Shown here piece after piece: positions 36,801 through 48,999 of a stretch of 64,000 nt of DNA (its first letter is position 1; each line of letters opens with the position of its first letter). Origin of the DNA: Aplysia californica (lineage: Eukaryota); contig NW_004797441.1 in assembly GCF_000002075.1 (NCBI RefSeq), positions 733,047 through 797,046 on the forward strand. Direction: 5' to 3'. The notes below the pieces were generated by a model that was not told the origin of the DNA, did not search any database, and was given only the letters and a program-made list of their open reading frames with translations. The translations under genes and the position numbers were made by a program.

Positions 36801-39800
36801 CCCGCCCGGCGCCTGCGGCGAGCGAGTCGGCTCTATACTGTAGTGTACCCCGCATGCGGGGTCACATGCTTTCTGAGTCTCGCGGAAGGATTGATAAAAA
36901 AAATTCCAAGCTTATTACTTTATTCTAATAGAAAATAAACTGATCTTTTGATGGATACATTTTTTAAGCCGGTATTTTACATATTTTGTGTAAAAAGTGA
37001 TCTTTAAACGTTTTGACAGTATTTTTAAAAGCTTTCTATTTCTATTTAAACGCCAAAGGCAAAATATATACTACGGGAAAGCTCGTTCAAAGCTCTGCAG
37101 TTCTCCGCCAATGAAAAGAAGGTCTTTAATCATCCCTCGTTCCGCGAAGCATTTCAATGCACGCGTGTCAATTTTTTAACCGGCCGACCACGCATTCCGA
37201 CCGCGAGGGGCTTCGCTTTCGTCGGCGATTCTCCAGCTCCTAATAATCGGACATATAAACAACTTACACCATTGTAACGAGGAAAAGCTGAACTTTTACA
37301 GGGTGTACGGCATTTGGTGTTTTATAGCGAAAGAGCAAAGAAACAGCAATCGGAATTACCCCGATTTCACCGATACCACGTGGTCGGAAGGCCGCGAGTG
37401 CCCACGAGGCTGTGTTTACGCTACCTACAAGGTAGCAATAGAAAGCAGGGTTGGTGATTTTTTTTATAAAAATCAAAAAAATCGATTTTTTAAATTTAAA
37501 TAAGATTTTTTAAATTTAAATCGGATTTAAAAAAAAATTTTTATTTTAAAAAAAATGCCGACTCAGTTTGGGATTTTTGGTGGCTAAAAGTAAGTTCTTT
37601 TAGTGCAAAATGCATTGTCTTTATTTTAACTAATGATTAATTTAAGCAACTGCAATTTTAGAAAGCCTTAATCTGCTATATCCAGTGAATTATGCCTACA
37701 GACAAAAAATGAAGAAAATGTCAGTCTAAAAGGAAGGGGGGGGGAGGGTAATTATGCATAGATAAACTTGCATTTTATTACAGTGTGTGTGTGTGTGTGT
37801 GCGCGCTTGTGTTTGTATAAAAAGAAAAAGCTCATTTCAATTATGAAAAAAAAGTAAATTGAATACAGTAATTATTTTACTACTTACAGTGACAGGGGTG
37901 AAAGCAGACTTTTCAGCATGATTATTTTAGTCTACTAAACCTTATATCTGTTTTATAAAACCAAGGAAAGGAATTCTGAATGTTTAAAGATATAAAAACA
38001 GAATACATTTTTTAAAAGAAATAAATTGATTTAAATCACTGAGTTTTATTTAAATAATCAACTGATTTAAATCGACCTGATTTAAATCAACCCAACCCTG
38101 GTTTTCAATTATGAAAAAAAAGTAAATTGAGAACTGTATTATTTTACAGTGACAGGGGGGAAAGCAGACTTTTAAGCATGATTATATTAGTCTACTAAAC
38201 CTTATATCTGTTTAATAAAACCAAGGAAAGGAATTCTGAATGTTTAAATATATGTAAAAGCTGAATACATTTTTTGAAAAGTGATTTAAATCACTGATTT
38301 TTATTTTAAAAATCAAGTTGATTAAAATTTAAAAAATCAACTGATTTAAATCAAACCAGCTCTGATTTCAATTATGAAAAAAAAAGTAAATTGAATACTG
38401 TATTATTTTACAGTGAAAGGGGGGAAAGCAGACTTTTAAGCATGATTATATTAGTCTACTAAACCTTATATCTGTTTTATGAAACCAAGGAAAGGAATTC
38501 TGAATGTTGAAATGTGTAAAAACTGAATAAAAATAAATTTAAAAAAAATTGATTTAAATCACTGATTTTTATTTAAAAAATCAAGTTGATTTAAATTTAA
38601 AAAATCAACTGATTTAAATCAACCCAACCCTGATAGAAAGGCTGCTGAAAGAGTCAGAAGCCAAGAGGAAGGGGCAAAGGAGGTTAGGGGGTGGGGGCAG
38701 AAAGAGGACACGAAAGCAGTTGACAGAACATTACTAGAGAGCAGGAAAGGAGGTGAAAGGAGACAGTTTTAGAGAGGAAAATTTTTCGGTCGCTACCCGG
38801 ATTCGAACTTGGGACCTTTGAATGAGAGGCCAACACCTTAACCTCTAGGCCACGAGAGCCTCCATTCTGAGATCAAGTATGTGTATGCTTCAAAAAATGG
38901 AAAACATTGTACCTGTTCATTTGATTCAGACTTTGCAGACTGCTCTGTTTGAAACGTCGTGTGGAATGGGTCATCATCATCAGAATGGCCATGTTGTCTG
39001 TCATAAGTCTCTTGTTCACGCAATAAATCCTCAATTTCATCTTCATCAACCTGCAGAGAAGAATACACTTGAACATTTCTACAGAAGTTTTCCCAATATT
39101 TTGCATCAAAGGACATACACACCATACATCAAGACATATAAACATAAACTACAAAAGGGCAAGACTAAAAAGCTTAAAGCACTCTGCAGAATTCGCACCA
39201 AAAACAAACAAACCAATAAACGATAAGCCAACAATCAACACAATAAAAACATGAAGGATGTGAAAGAGTTTTTTTGAAAAAATCTTAATTTTTGTGAAAT
39301 CATTTAGGATGATCATTACCGTTGTCTCTAGAAGCCTTTTTCTCAAAATGTCTAAATCTAGAGAGTTATATCATCTCTCACTAGACAACGGGGAGATCCT
39401 TTATCCCTATAAAAACAGGATTTCAAAAGCCATGCTGTGAATTAGCTTCAGACACCTCATTTCAATTTCTTGTTCATAACTTGTATAAAAGAATCGTGCA
39501 CATTAACTGATGATGACTTTAGTCAGTACCTGAACTTCTTGTTGAGTATCGCCTGCTCTCTGCACATCATCTTCATCCTCACGGTCCTCTGGCATCTCTA
39601 GCATGTCAAGACGGATCTTCTTTACACAGGTCTAAGGAAATGAAAGAGAGTCCATGCTTGATTGTGTAACAATAAAACAAATTACAAAGTGAAACAAAAA
39701 CTCGATTTACTATATCATTCTCTTAATAAAGCTGGGAACAACGAGCTTATTAAAGCTACCCTGAAGCACTTAATCCATACCTTTCTTTCTGGGCAGTGAG

Positions 39801-42800
39801 GACACCTTTATGTCAGAAATACATGTGGGTCTACGATTGTGCCCCCCCCCCCCCCCCCACTTATAGAGAAAGAAAAAGATACATTCTGTAAGAGCAATTT
39901 TGGCAGCATGAAAAGTTTTCTCTATACTTTAAAAAAATCTGCTCTCTGGGCTAAGCACATTTGAAAAGCATGCCAACAATTCAATAAGCAGAAAATAAAA
40001 ATGAGAAAACATTTAGGTACTCCTCTAGGTACAAATACATTTTTGTTTTAATCATAATTTAACACCAGCAAAAACACTCCCGACCTCTATGGTGGCTGAA
40101 ATTGTCACTAAAATATATGCTGTGGAAAAGTTTTCTGTAACGTCAAGGCATAGTTGAGAATACTGTTGAGTAGTTTATGCTGAATCAGCATTACAACAGC
40201 CATATTTTTGCCAGAAACATAAAGAGAAAAATTTTGCTAACAGTGAAAAGAAGCAGAAGGAGGAGACTCATCAGATTGCCCCGAAAAAAAACCCCAACAA
40301 ACCCAACCACACTTTGGGGAGAAGTAAAATTATTCTAGAGTAAAAAACAAAACAAAAATAATTTATGAATCCTACAGTCCCACTACACACAAACATGCAC
40401 AAATTTCGGTTTCAATAAACTTTTATAAACAGGCACAGCAGCATGTATAATTCATATATTTTTACTGATTGTGCCAGTGCAGAAAGAGGATGAATTTAAC
40501 TGCAAACCTGGACAGCTTTCTTGGCCCCAAGTCTCTCTACCCTCTCCAGCACTTCAGCAAAAGGCATCTTAGGAAAGAGACGATGACCCCAGTGCTCTAG
40601 TCGTCGCACTATGGCTTTGAGATCCTCCACCTATTTTTCAGCACACAAAAAGAAAAGAGAAAAAAAATATAATAACTTTAAAGTGAACTGTAGACGTGTG
40701 TTGAAAATGTCTCATGGGTAAAAAAAGGAGTTTACTTGAAATGTGACAACTAATGAACTCACAAAATCTTTTTTTTAAAAGGGCAACATAAAGAATGAAA
40801 ATGATAAAATGCAATGGCAAATATAAAGCGTTAAAAAAAAGGATTTCCCAAGGGCATTCGCTTGGCATTTATACCAATTTTCATACAGATGTGGACAAGG
40901 ACAGTATGACTTCTTCTGTGACAAAACACAAGGAAAGCCACTATACTGTATCTATTGTTTTCTCAAGAACCTCTTCATAACAATGACTACAGAGACACAA
41001 AGTCTAAAAAAGGATAAATTTGGCTATCTCTCTCTACCATTATGGAGTAACAAAAGGTAAGACTAGCTTAAATATTTGACAAAATATATTAAGAGACCAA
41101 ACTGAACTGATTATATAATCATATACATGACAATATTTCCATTTCCAGAATATTAGAGCTGCACAATTTTTCGACTTTCAAAAGTCTCTTGAGTCCCAGG
41201 CTGACTTTATAAAAATAAACCACCATACTCTATTAATTTTTATCTGAAAAATCTAAACTGAAAAGAAAATAGAGACAACAGCTCAAACAATTTAGGTTGT
41301 ACTGTACAAAACAGTACAAAAACATAAAAGTGTATAATTTACTTTTTGAGCACCTGGTAGAATTTGAAACAATTGGAAAGGAAATATGTAATAATTCACC
41401 ACATGGTAGGTGTGAAGATACAAGACATTTAAGTCAGATGTATGTGGGCAGTAGAGCAGCTGCAATTGCCTGACTACGCAGTAAGTCAAAACTTTCATTA
41501 AAGAAATTTGACAGAACAGCAGAGAGAACATTTTCATGTTGAATGCCTACAGAACAGAAGAGAACCCGGACCCAACATCACACAAGATCAAGAGTGACTC
41601 AAGACCTTTACAACTCTCTTAATATCATATTAATATGCTACCCAAAATGTCACATTTTTCAGCTGTGCAAATAGTCTGAACTCTTGTCCTGTGTCTGTGC
41701 TGAGATGCGAATCTTATCAACAACCGATTACGTCGGACATTCCGGGCAGGCCGCCGGGGTCACTCAGTGTGTACTGTTGGTGTACAGCGCTTGCACCGGG
41801 AAATGTGTGTTTTCGCCATGAATACCGTGGGAGTGTGTTAATCGATGATGAAAATAACGCTCTATCTTTCATAGCTTTCTATTTATAAAGTGTTACAAAC
41901 ACATGAATAACCCCCTCTCACAAGCTGATAAGACATTACGAGTAGTTACGCCAATTTGAATAAAAACCGTTCTAGACGCTCTTGTTGTTATGAATGACCT
42001 GAGGTTCAAAAGGGGATAGTATAGGTCAATTTCCTAATGTTTTGCACTCAAATTGTTCTTTGTACCTGCACAATGGTATTCAAAACTATCAAACAAACTT
42101 ATTTTTTATCAGATAGTATCATTTCATACAAAATCAAGCTCATTTGAAAGATTTTTTATAGAAAAACGGAAGTCTTATTTCCTGACTATCCTTTCGAGCT
42201 CCTCATGTTTAAGTGGGTCAATTTCTTCTATAATTTCATTGGACGAAGATCAAGAGCTACCAACTTGGCATGTTTTGAATGAGACTAAGCCTTGATTACA
42301 AACCAACGCAGGCGGTTCTAGAAGAAGGCCACAAACGCACACAAACTAAAGCAGACTGACGCATACACACACTTGACCTGCCCGAATGGGGATCCGACGC
42401 GGGACCCGAATTTCACGTGAGATGACGCTCGGCGCGCGTGCGGTGAGCCAGGGACCAGAACGAAGGCGAAGTGCCGAAATAGGCTTATCGGGCGACATAA
42501 ACCCGGCCCCCGCAGGACGAGGGTTAAAACAGCAAACATAAAAATTTTTAACTGGTAAAGAAAATGAAGCATGTGTACCAAAGATAAGAATGATATACTG
42601 GACTCCTGAGAAGATTCATGCAAATTGAAAAAAAATAAAGTGACTGAGACTAACCTACCTATATGATGATGCTAACTAAACTTACTTCGTGATTTTTCCC
42701 TTTGAGATGGATGTCTTGAAAAACTTTAGGAAGGACAGGAATTCCACGCTCACCAGTCAATCTGCAGAGAAGTACAATAATAAAAATAAAGTAATTATAC

Positions 42801-43985
42801 ATTTATTACATTGCTTGAATGCTGGCATCAGTTTGGCAGATATTATTGCTTTTCTCTCTAGAATAAGGATGGAACTAGTTTTTCTCAATGATATTCTAAT
42901 TACAATGTACAGGCGACACTGGTACTAGAGCAATGGAAAAGTTAGGTCTCCAGGCAGATAAAAATATAAACACTCCATAAAATACAATTTATAAAACCCA
43001 AGCAAAGGAAAAAATCACCCACCGTGTTTCATCTAATTTGGGCATTGTCCTTTTAGCTGTGAGCTTTGAGGCTCCTTTCATACTCTTCAACTTTGCTAAT
43101 AACTCTGGATCATCTGAAATGTAATCAAAACAACCTTGTATTGAACTGGCATTAAATTACACAAAAATAGCTTCATGGTGCTTTTCACAAATTCCTTACC
43201 AGCAGCTTAAAAATTAAGAAAAATGAACCGGAAATCTCAACATCTATTCTGTCATGTTCATTAGTCGTAAATATTGAGAGAAGAGAATGTTGAGGCAATG
43301 AAAAGTCAAAATTCTGAAAACTGGAAAATCCACCTGTTAGCAGTGTTAAATTATTCTATCTTGAATTGTTATTGAACGAAGAACTTCCCATTAAGATGAA
43401 TTTAGAATGCCATAGGATACACAGTATACGGATTCCACAACCTGAATTACTTTTATTATTGATAAAAATTGATATCAAACATACACTCCCAAAAAGAGCT
43501 AGCTAACCAGACTCTAGTGAAAACAAAAGTGTCTACTGTTCTACTGCTAGCTATGAAGACATTTTTTTCCAAGACTTCAATTATTTAAGTTCTGCTCCTG
43601 CAACTTCAAAGAATACAAAAATCAATAAGCAAGAACAAACAGCCAGACCTCAAATATAAATGTCATAAAAAGATGTAACGCCAAGAGCAAAAGTACAATA
43701 ATTAAATTTCCTTTTACTTACAGATCTAGTCAAAAAGTTTATTACAACCCTTTTCTGTCGGGAATCAAAATCAATGAACACTTTTTCACAAACTGCTGAA
43801 CATATAAAAATAGGCCTACCTGTTGCAGGTTGTTCACCATCTTCATCCCCTTCATCATTATCAGAAGCATGCATCATGTTTCTCATTGGCTCAAGCTCAT
43901 CCTCCAAATCAGGAAGTCTTGCAGGATTGAAGTCTTGGCCATCTTCATCAAAAATATCATCCATCTCAAGAGGAATACTATCCAT
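30890..43985 (-). CDS. TIPIN: TIMELESS-interacting protein (Swi3/Csm3 family); complement join(43985-43820,43113-43023,42761-42686,40630-40508,39631-39530,39050-38913,35306-35207,31209-30890), 371 aa
   Basis: GT-AG introns, phases consistent, 1116 nt. Swi3-domain peptides MPKLDETRLTGERGIP, KGKNHEVEDLK, LEHWGHRLFPKMPF, LGAKKAVQTCVKKIRLD, and the RPA-binding motif RIERNKQLAMERR. Confidence 0.94.
31334..31519 (-). mobile_element. Short retroposon family R, diverged full-length copy
   Basis: TSD ATGTAC(A/G)CTC (31324-31333 / 31520-31529), 5' end AGTGGGTGGTT, degenerate LINE-type tail. Confidence 0.7.
31678..31854 (-). mobile_element. Short retroposon family R, full-length copy (177 bp)
   Basis: Perfect 11-bp TSD AACAGAAGACT (31667-31677 / 31855-31865). 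3' end GCGCTCATATGACCTTATGCAGTTACGAG shared with the LINE. Confidence 0.85.
31889..32250. mobile_element. Partial MITE family B (one TIR, inverted)
   Basis: TA-CAGTGGAACTCGGATTCAACGAGGTCGCCGGGCCTGACC, reverse complement of the right half of 26917-27719. Confidence 0.8.
32877..33171 (-). mobile_element. piggyBac-type non-autonomous element
   Basis: TTAA at 32872-32875 and 33172-33175, CCCT...AGGG termini with imperfect TIRs, acidic ORF remnant (FTTQDFTDYFEDCTELDVGND). The empty TTAA site is seen in the family C paralogue (~21873). Confidence 0.65.
33407..34447. mobile_element. hAT-like non-autonomous DNA transposon (TIR CAGTGCTTCCA) flanked by a 192-bp direct duplication
   Basis: Perfect 11-bp TIRs. 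Flanks 33215-33406 and 34448-34646 are direct copies abutting the TIRs. Confidence 0.8.
34797..34986 (-). mobile_element. Short retroposon family R, full-length copy
   Basis: TSD TTTGTCTT (34789-34796 / 34987-34994), (CTAAA)n tail, near-identical to 31678-31854. Confidence 0.85.
36200..36410 (-). mobile_element. Degenerate SINE with Deu/Nin-domain-like core and the same LINE-type tail
   Basis: Tail GTTTTACGGCGCTTGCAACTGCA. Core GAATTTAGCCCAGG...TACTCTT...GGGATCTTTAA...TCCGAGAAGG resembles the reverse complement of the Deu/Nin domain as I recall it. Confidence 0.45.
37446..38632. mobile_element. hAT-type MITE (TIR CAGGGTTGG, 8-bp TSD) with tandemly triplicated right end
   Basis: TSD ATAGAAAG at 37438-37445 and 38633-38640. 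Three ~265-bp units end at 38100, ~38364 and 38632. Many GATTTAAATC subterminal palindromes. Confidence 0.88.
38788..38860 (-). pseudogene. tRNA-derived sequence (SINE head or tRNA pseudogene, Glu-CTC-like loop)
   Basis: A box TGGCCTAGAGG and B-box-like AGTTCGAATCC at tRNA spacing, but acceptor and T stems do not pair. Confidence 0.6.
41681..42523. mobile_element. piggyBac-type MITE family P in TIPIN intron 3 (coding numbering)
   Basis: Flanks TGAA/TTAA, imperfect TIRs CTCTTGTCCTG/CAGGACGAGGG. Highly similar copy at 60864-61719. Confidence 0.8.
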
Positions 43986-44419
43986 GACTGAAATGCTATC
44001 ACAGCAGGGAGGTCAGAATTAGCACAAAACCTGTGAACAGAAAAGTGAGAAGTTGTTGTAGTTGTACAGGCATAGGAGTTTTCGAGGGTTGGTAATTCTT
44101 TTCCTTTCACTACCGTCTCATGCTCAGGTTTTGTAAAGCCCTTCTCTTTTTATCCGGTTTACACTAATACTGACTCAATATATATATTTAAAAATTTTAT
44201 TCGTTGCAAATTAGATCTAGATCTAATAGTAATTGAAATATTTGATGGTTTTTATTAGAAAAAAAAAATCACACAAATGAGCCTGGCCCTCCTGTGGTAA
44301 AAACAAATTCTGGGGGGTTACAGGGGGCTAACCCCCCCCCCCCCCCCGTTTTTCCCCATGATAATTTGAAGTTTTGCAATTTAGTCCATAATAAGGTTTG
44401 AAATTTTATTGAAAGGTGA

Positions 44420-45703
44420 GGGGCACCAGCGATCCGGGGGTTGAACGTCGCAGATACAAATGCGTAACAGTCTCCCCCCCCCCGGTGACTGATCACTATT
44501 ACAATGATAAGCTAGTCTTGACGTAGATCTACGTAATAAATTGTGCGCTGGTCCTCGGAATCAAAAGTTGCCGTATGCTAGGCTCTACACAGCAACACAA
44601 ATTTATGGTAAACAATCGAGATGACACAGGCGTGCATTTGAACGAATCGGTCTTTTTTTTAAACAGCTCATAATATTACAGTAGTCTCCGCCTAAACGCA
44701 CGTCATACAAAAGCACGCTCCGCTCAAACGCATGCTTTCGTCATCGGACGGGTTTTTTACTATATAATTTAGACGTACAAACGCACGGTCACTTCCTCTA
44801 AACGCACGCTCCGATCTGCGAAACATGCTGACAGGTAAAGCTTGAAAAAGGGTAATTTTCACTACGACAAGCCTAGAAAACCTGATATTTGGTGAGACTG
44901 CCCCTTACGCAGAACAAAGAGAGTGATGGACAGCGTTTTCACACCAAACTTTCCACTGACACATAGGTCTAGGACTAGTCGGTAAAATGTTGGGGGGGGT
45001 TGGGGGACGGAAACGTTATTTGATTGGTCACTGGAAATGCATCTCTTTGAGAGAAGGTTTCTGACTGGTGTTTGAGTGACTGCGTGTTGGCTAATGTTTA
45101 GTTGTTTAGTTAGACCTAAGCCTATGATGATGCGCAACACGCGTGAATACTCGTTCATGAATTTATGGTTGGGGGTGGTCGCTTGGAAAGCCACGTGGCT
45201 GGGCCGTCATCTCTATGACTATCACCAACAATTTCTGTTCAGGCTATTGGTTCCCGACATTTTATGGTTCATTCATTACATCAAGTCTGTCTTTCTGCCC
45301 CCCCCCCCATTCAACGCCTTTGCAGTCTTAACCGCAGTCGGGGAATCTTTTACCAAGCAGTCACGTGCCGTCACATTATTGGCCTAAGTGACACCCATCC
45401 CAAAGGGAGGTAACTAGTATATCAAGGCAATGAGAAGACTGCGTCCCCTCCTCCCTTTGCTAAGGTTCATGTAAACGCACGCTCCGTATAAACACACGCT
45501 GAGGAGCCCTCCAGAGCACCGTGCGTTTAGACGGAGACTACTGTATGCAGGCATTTCAGGCACTATTTGTTACTTCTCTTTACACATTACCTGCTCAGTG
45601 CCTGTGATTATCTACACAAAACCTCATGTTTTCTATAACGAACACTCGGATTCAACAAGATTTTAGGCCAGGCCCGGCGACCTCGTTGAAACCAAGTTCC
45701 ACA
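44420..45703. mobile_element. 5'-truncated MITE family B copy interrupted by a second MITE
   Basis: Aligns with 27295-27719 on both sides of the insert. Confidence 0.8.
44679..45543. mobile_element. Tc1/pogo-type MITE family D nested in family B
   Basis: TA-flanked 24-bp TIR CAGTAGTCTCCG(C/T)CTAAACGCACG, with repeated subterminal AAACGCACG motifs. Confidence 0.85.
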
Positions 45704-47863
45704 GCATCATTTTTGGCCCACAGCAGCACTACCATAGATTTTGTACTACCAAGATGTTTCAATTGCAATATCTCGCATCCGGGCGAGATGCCCAGCGGAT
45801 ACGAGAGTAAACAAACTTTCCAGCGCTCTTGAGTTGAAAGCATNNNNNNNNNNNNNNNNNNNNNNNNNNNNNNNNNNNNNNNNNNNNNNNNNNNNNNNNN
45901 NNNNNNNNNNNNNNNNNNNNNNNNNNNNNNNNNNNNNNNNNNNNNNNNNNNNNNNNNNNNNNNNNNNNNNNNNNNNNNNNNNNNNNNNNNNNNNNNNNNN
46001 NNNNNNNNNNNNNNNNNNNNNNNNNNNNNNNNNNNNNNNNTTCGGTTCACAGGCTGACCCAGTGCAATACAGTCATTATGGTACACACATAATATATGAC
46101 CAGCCCAATCTTCCGAATCCCACCTTCTGTGTCCTATCTCTCACCTCTTGTTTCCCATATATACAGTATCCAATTTTCCATCCCATTCCTGACTTGAATT
46201 CGGTGAACGCGCTTCGCTTTCCTTCATCTTATGGGATGGAATGCTTGAAGCCAGCCAAAATATCAAATATACAACACGGTTGTCAAATCAGTGCGGTACA
46301 AGCACATGTTTTCAACAGCTTGATTCAATACTTTGGAATCTAGGCTGAAGTAAACAAAAATCTGGGGGTCTGTTTTAATCCATAATATTGTGCAGCTGGT
46401 TTGAAATTTTCTTGAAAATAATTGATTTGCGATAGTTTTAGGGATGAATAACGTACATTGTGGGTCTTTTTCTTTTTGAGAATGACATGCTTCTTTCTTT
46501 TTGGACCAATGAATTCTTGCAGTTTGCATAAAATTGCTGTGACTGGGAAGTGTGTGATCGGTATTGGAGGATATTGAAAACCAATCTCTACCGGAAATGG
46601 CCCTGGGGAGAGAACAGGATTGTGTCTGTGTCCGAAAAGTCACACTGATCTTTAAACAATCTCAGTCTCATTCAATGAATTTAGTCTGTACCATGTTCAT
46701 TCTGTACCTCCTCTTCTACTCTCAAAACAAAGTTGTAGGCTACAGACACACCAAGACCAAGCAGTCGGCAATGAAACCAACCTCGAGTCGCCTAGTGATG
46801 TAGCCCATCAAGGACTAAGGCTAAGCAGCAACGGCAAAACGGGCCCGCCACGGCGTGGGCCTGTGGGATTAAAGCCCATACAATAAAATTGCATCTTGGA
46901 AGGACACTCCTAGGATATAGATCTATATATCTAGGTCCCGACTTTTGATGACATCGAAGAGCCGGAAATGTAAAAAACCGCCCGATATGCCAGAATCTAA
47001 TGGAAATGGGACTCAAACTGGAGTCAAGGAAAAAAGAAAAGGAATATAAACGTACCTTAGGGCAAGGGGGGTATTTTTTTACTTTCCCTCCCATCTCACA
47101 CTTAGCTACCAGTTGTCCATTTTCTACTAGATCTAAATATTGATACGCTGAACATGAATAATAAAAATCATTTCCGTCGCAAATTAATAATTTTTTAAAT
47201 ATCTGATTGTTCTTATAATGTCTTATTAGAGATAGATATGCTTTGGACTTGAACAAATCTGGGGGGGTTACTGGGGGGGCAAGCCCCCTTTTTGAACCCT
47301 TAATTTGATATACAGTTTTAGATTTGAAATTTTCTTGAAAATAATTGATTTGCAACAGTTTTACTGGCTTTATGTGGGACCTGCAGCAAACAGTACTGCA
47401 GTTTGACCCCCAAAGCAGAGCATCTGCGTGCGGGAGTGAAAGTAAAAATTTACCGGATGGGGTACCATTGGGGCAGGTGGAGGAGAAGGTTGTTGAGGGC
47501 TTGCTTGTTGTCCCCATGGATCTCCCTCCACAAAAACTCATCCAGGTGGGAATCTAAAGTTGTCCCCTGTACTCCAGCCTATAATCATTTCTTGCAATTT
47601 TTAACAAAAACATTCGGCCCTGTTAGTGTTAGTGCAAGCTCCAGTGACAGGGTCGACGAAATTACCTGTCTCCGTGATATTATGCACCCCGCATAATTTA
47701 GCAAAATTTGATAATTTTTAGCATACTTTCTGATTATTTTCCTATCATTCTTTGTTGAAATCAACAGAATTGCATAACTTCACATTTTGGGGCTCAGTTT
47801 GCATAATTTCAGAATTTTTCTTGCATAAAATGACGGGGACAGAATTTCTCTCGTGAACAACTG

Positions 47864-48170
47864 GTGACAGTGTTGGTTAAGGTGGCTTTACTTTACTGGC
47901 AAATTTCAGCCAACATAAGCCTGCCAGCTGTCAGAGTAGATGATTGTCCCAGGTGCTATACAGCGAAGGATGATGGGCAGCAGGGTTGCTGCTGTGCGGT
48001 CTGGAACAAGTACCAAGAACCCCCGTTTCGTGTTTCTATCAACACCCCCAAATACCCACCGCTCAGGCACAGAGTGTACAACGTATTTCCGCTTGGCCAC
48101 AAGGCTTATCTATTTCTACAGTGTGTCCGGGGTCCCCTATCACATACTACGGGTTGTTACCTAGCCAGTT
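47864..48170 (-). pseudogene. Merlin (IS1016/IS1595-related ISXO2-like DDE) transposase fragment
   Basis: VIGDPGHTVEID / (frameshift) SLVAKRKY...WVFGGVDRNTKRGFLVLVPDRTAATLLPIILRCIAPGTIIYSDSWQAY contains the first two catalytic Asp motifs (VEID, SD.W.AY). Confidence 0.85.
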
Positions 48171-48253
48171 GGGCTCATTTTCAGGTTATTTCCCGGTCTC
48201 CGATATCAACAAATATCGGGACCACCATATCCGAGGGAGGAGTCTCCTCCTTG

Positions 48254-48482
48254 ATCTAGACTCTAGAATCTAGATCTAGATTAGATCTAAATCTAAATCT
48301 AGAATCTAGATTCTAGATCTAGATCTAGATATTAGACTTAGTATTCTGAGAATCTTTGGTGCTAGAATCTAGACTAGATCTAGATTTAAATCTAGATCTA
48401 GATCTAGATCTAGATCTTAGATGTAGATGTATAGATCTAGATCTAGATCTAGATCTAGAATCTAGATCTAGATTCTAGATCT
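48254..48482. repeat. Degenerate self-complementary (TAGATC)n/(TCTAGA)n array
   Basis: Direct inspection. Smaller arrays at 16067-16186, 16829-16887, 44211-44225, 49157-49172 and 50667-50740. Confidence 0.9.
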
Positions 48483-48555
48483 CCTCCAGAAACTCCCCTC
48501 TACTCTTGACTTTAACAAACGAAACTACAAAATCGCTACACTATAAATAAAGAAA

Positions 48556-48999
48556 GTGGCTATTCTCACCCGCCCGGAAGTTCTCGCAAGATCAACTCTT
48601 CCTCTCTTCTTTCTCTCTCTGTCTCTTTCTGAATACTGTCTATTGGTGTGGACGATCAAATTGACCAAAACAAAGTTAAAAATTAAAAATGATGTTAAAA
48701 CACAAAAGTAAATTAATTTGGTTGTCTACAAAGATGCTACGGCTATTTAACTTTTCGAATCGAGCCGAACTACGCGGGTCGCCATTTTGTTTTGCCCGGA
48801 AATTCTCGCGCTACTCCTCTCTCTCTTTCCACTGCCCACAGACAAAATTGTATGCTTGCTTTTAGTAGGCTACAACTACAGTTGAAATGGAACGTTTGTT
48901 CACTGCACAGAATTCTACAATTTTTCCTCACAGTGTAGAATTCTATGGTTTAGGGTGAACGCAAAATTTGGTGAACGCGCACCGGGTGAGAATAGCCAC
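48556..48999. mobile_element. MITE-like element with 17-bp TIR GTGGCTATTCTCACCCG
   Basis: Perfect inverted termini. No TSD identified. A fused-TIR palindrome follows at 49014-49038. Confidence 0.6.

Noticed and set aside
37835-38632. CRISPR-like or coding tandem array
   Set aside because: Units are ~265-bp full tandem copies without unique spacers, bounded by hAT TIR/TSD, in eukaryotic intron context.
38788-38860. Functional tRNA-Glu gene
   Set aside because: Acceptor and T stems do not pair; kept only as a tRNA-derived head.
46792-47541. 249-aa minus-strand ORF
   Set aside because: Low-information translation across degenerate repeat DNA; no domain, and no splice context linking it to TIPIN.
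47864-48170. Bacterial IS1595 / horizontal transfer or contamination
   Set aside because: Embedded in intron-type DNA among eukaryotic genes, and it matches the eukaryotic Merlin superfamily pattern.
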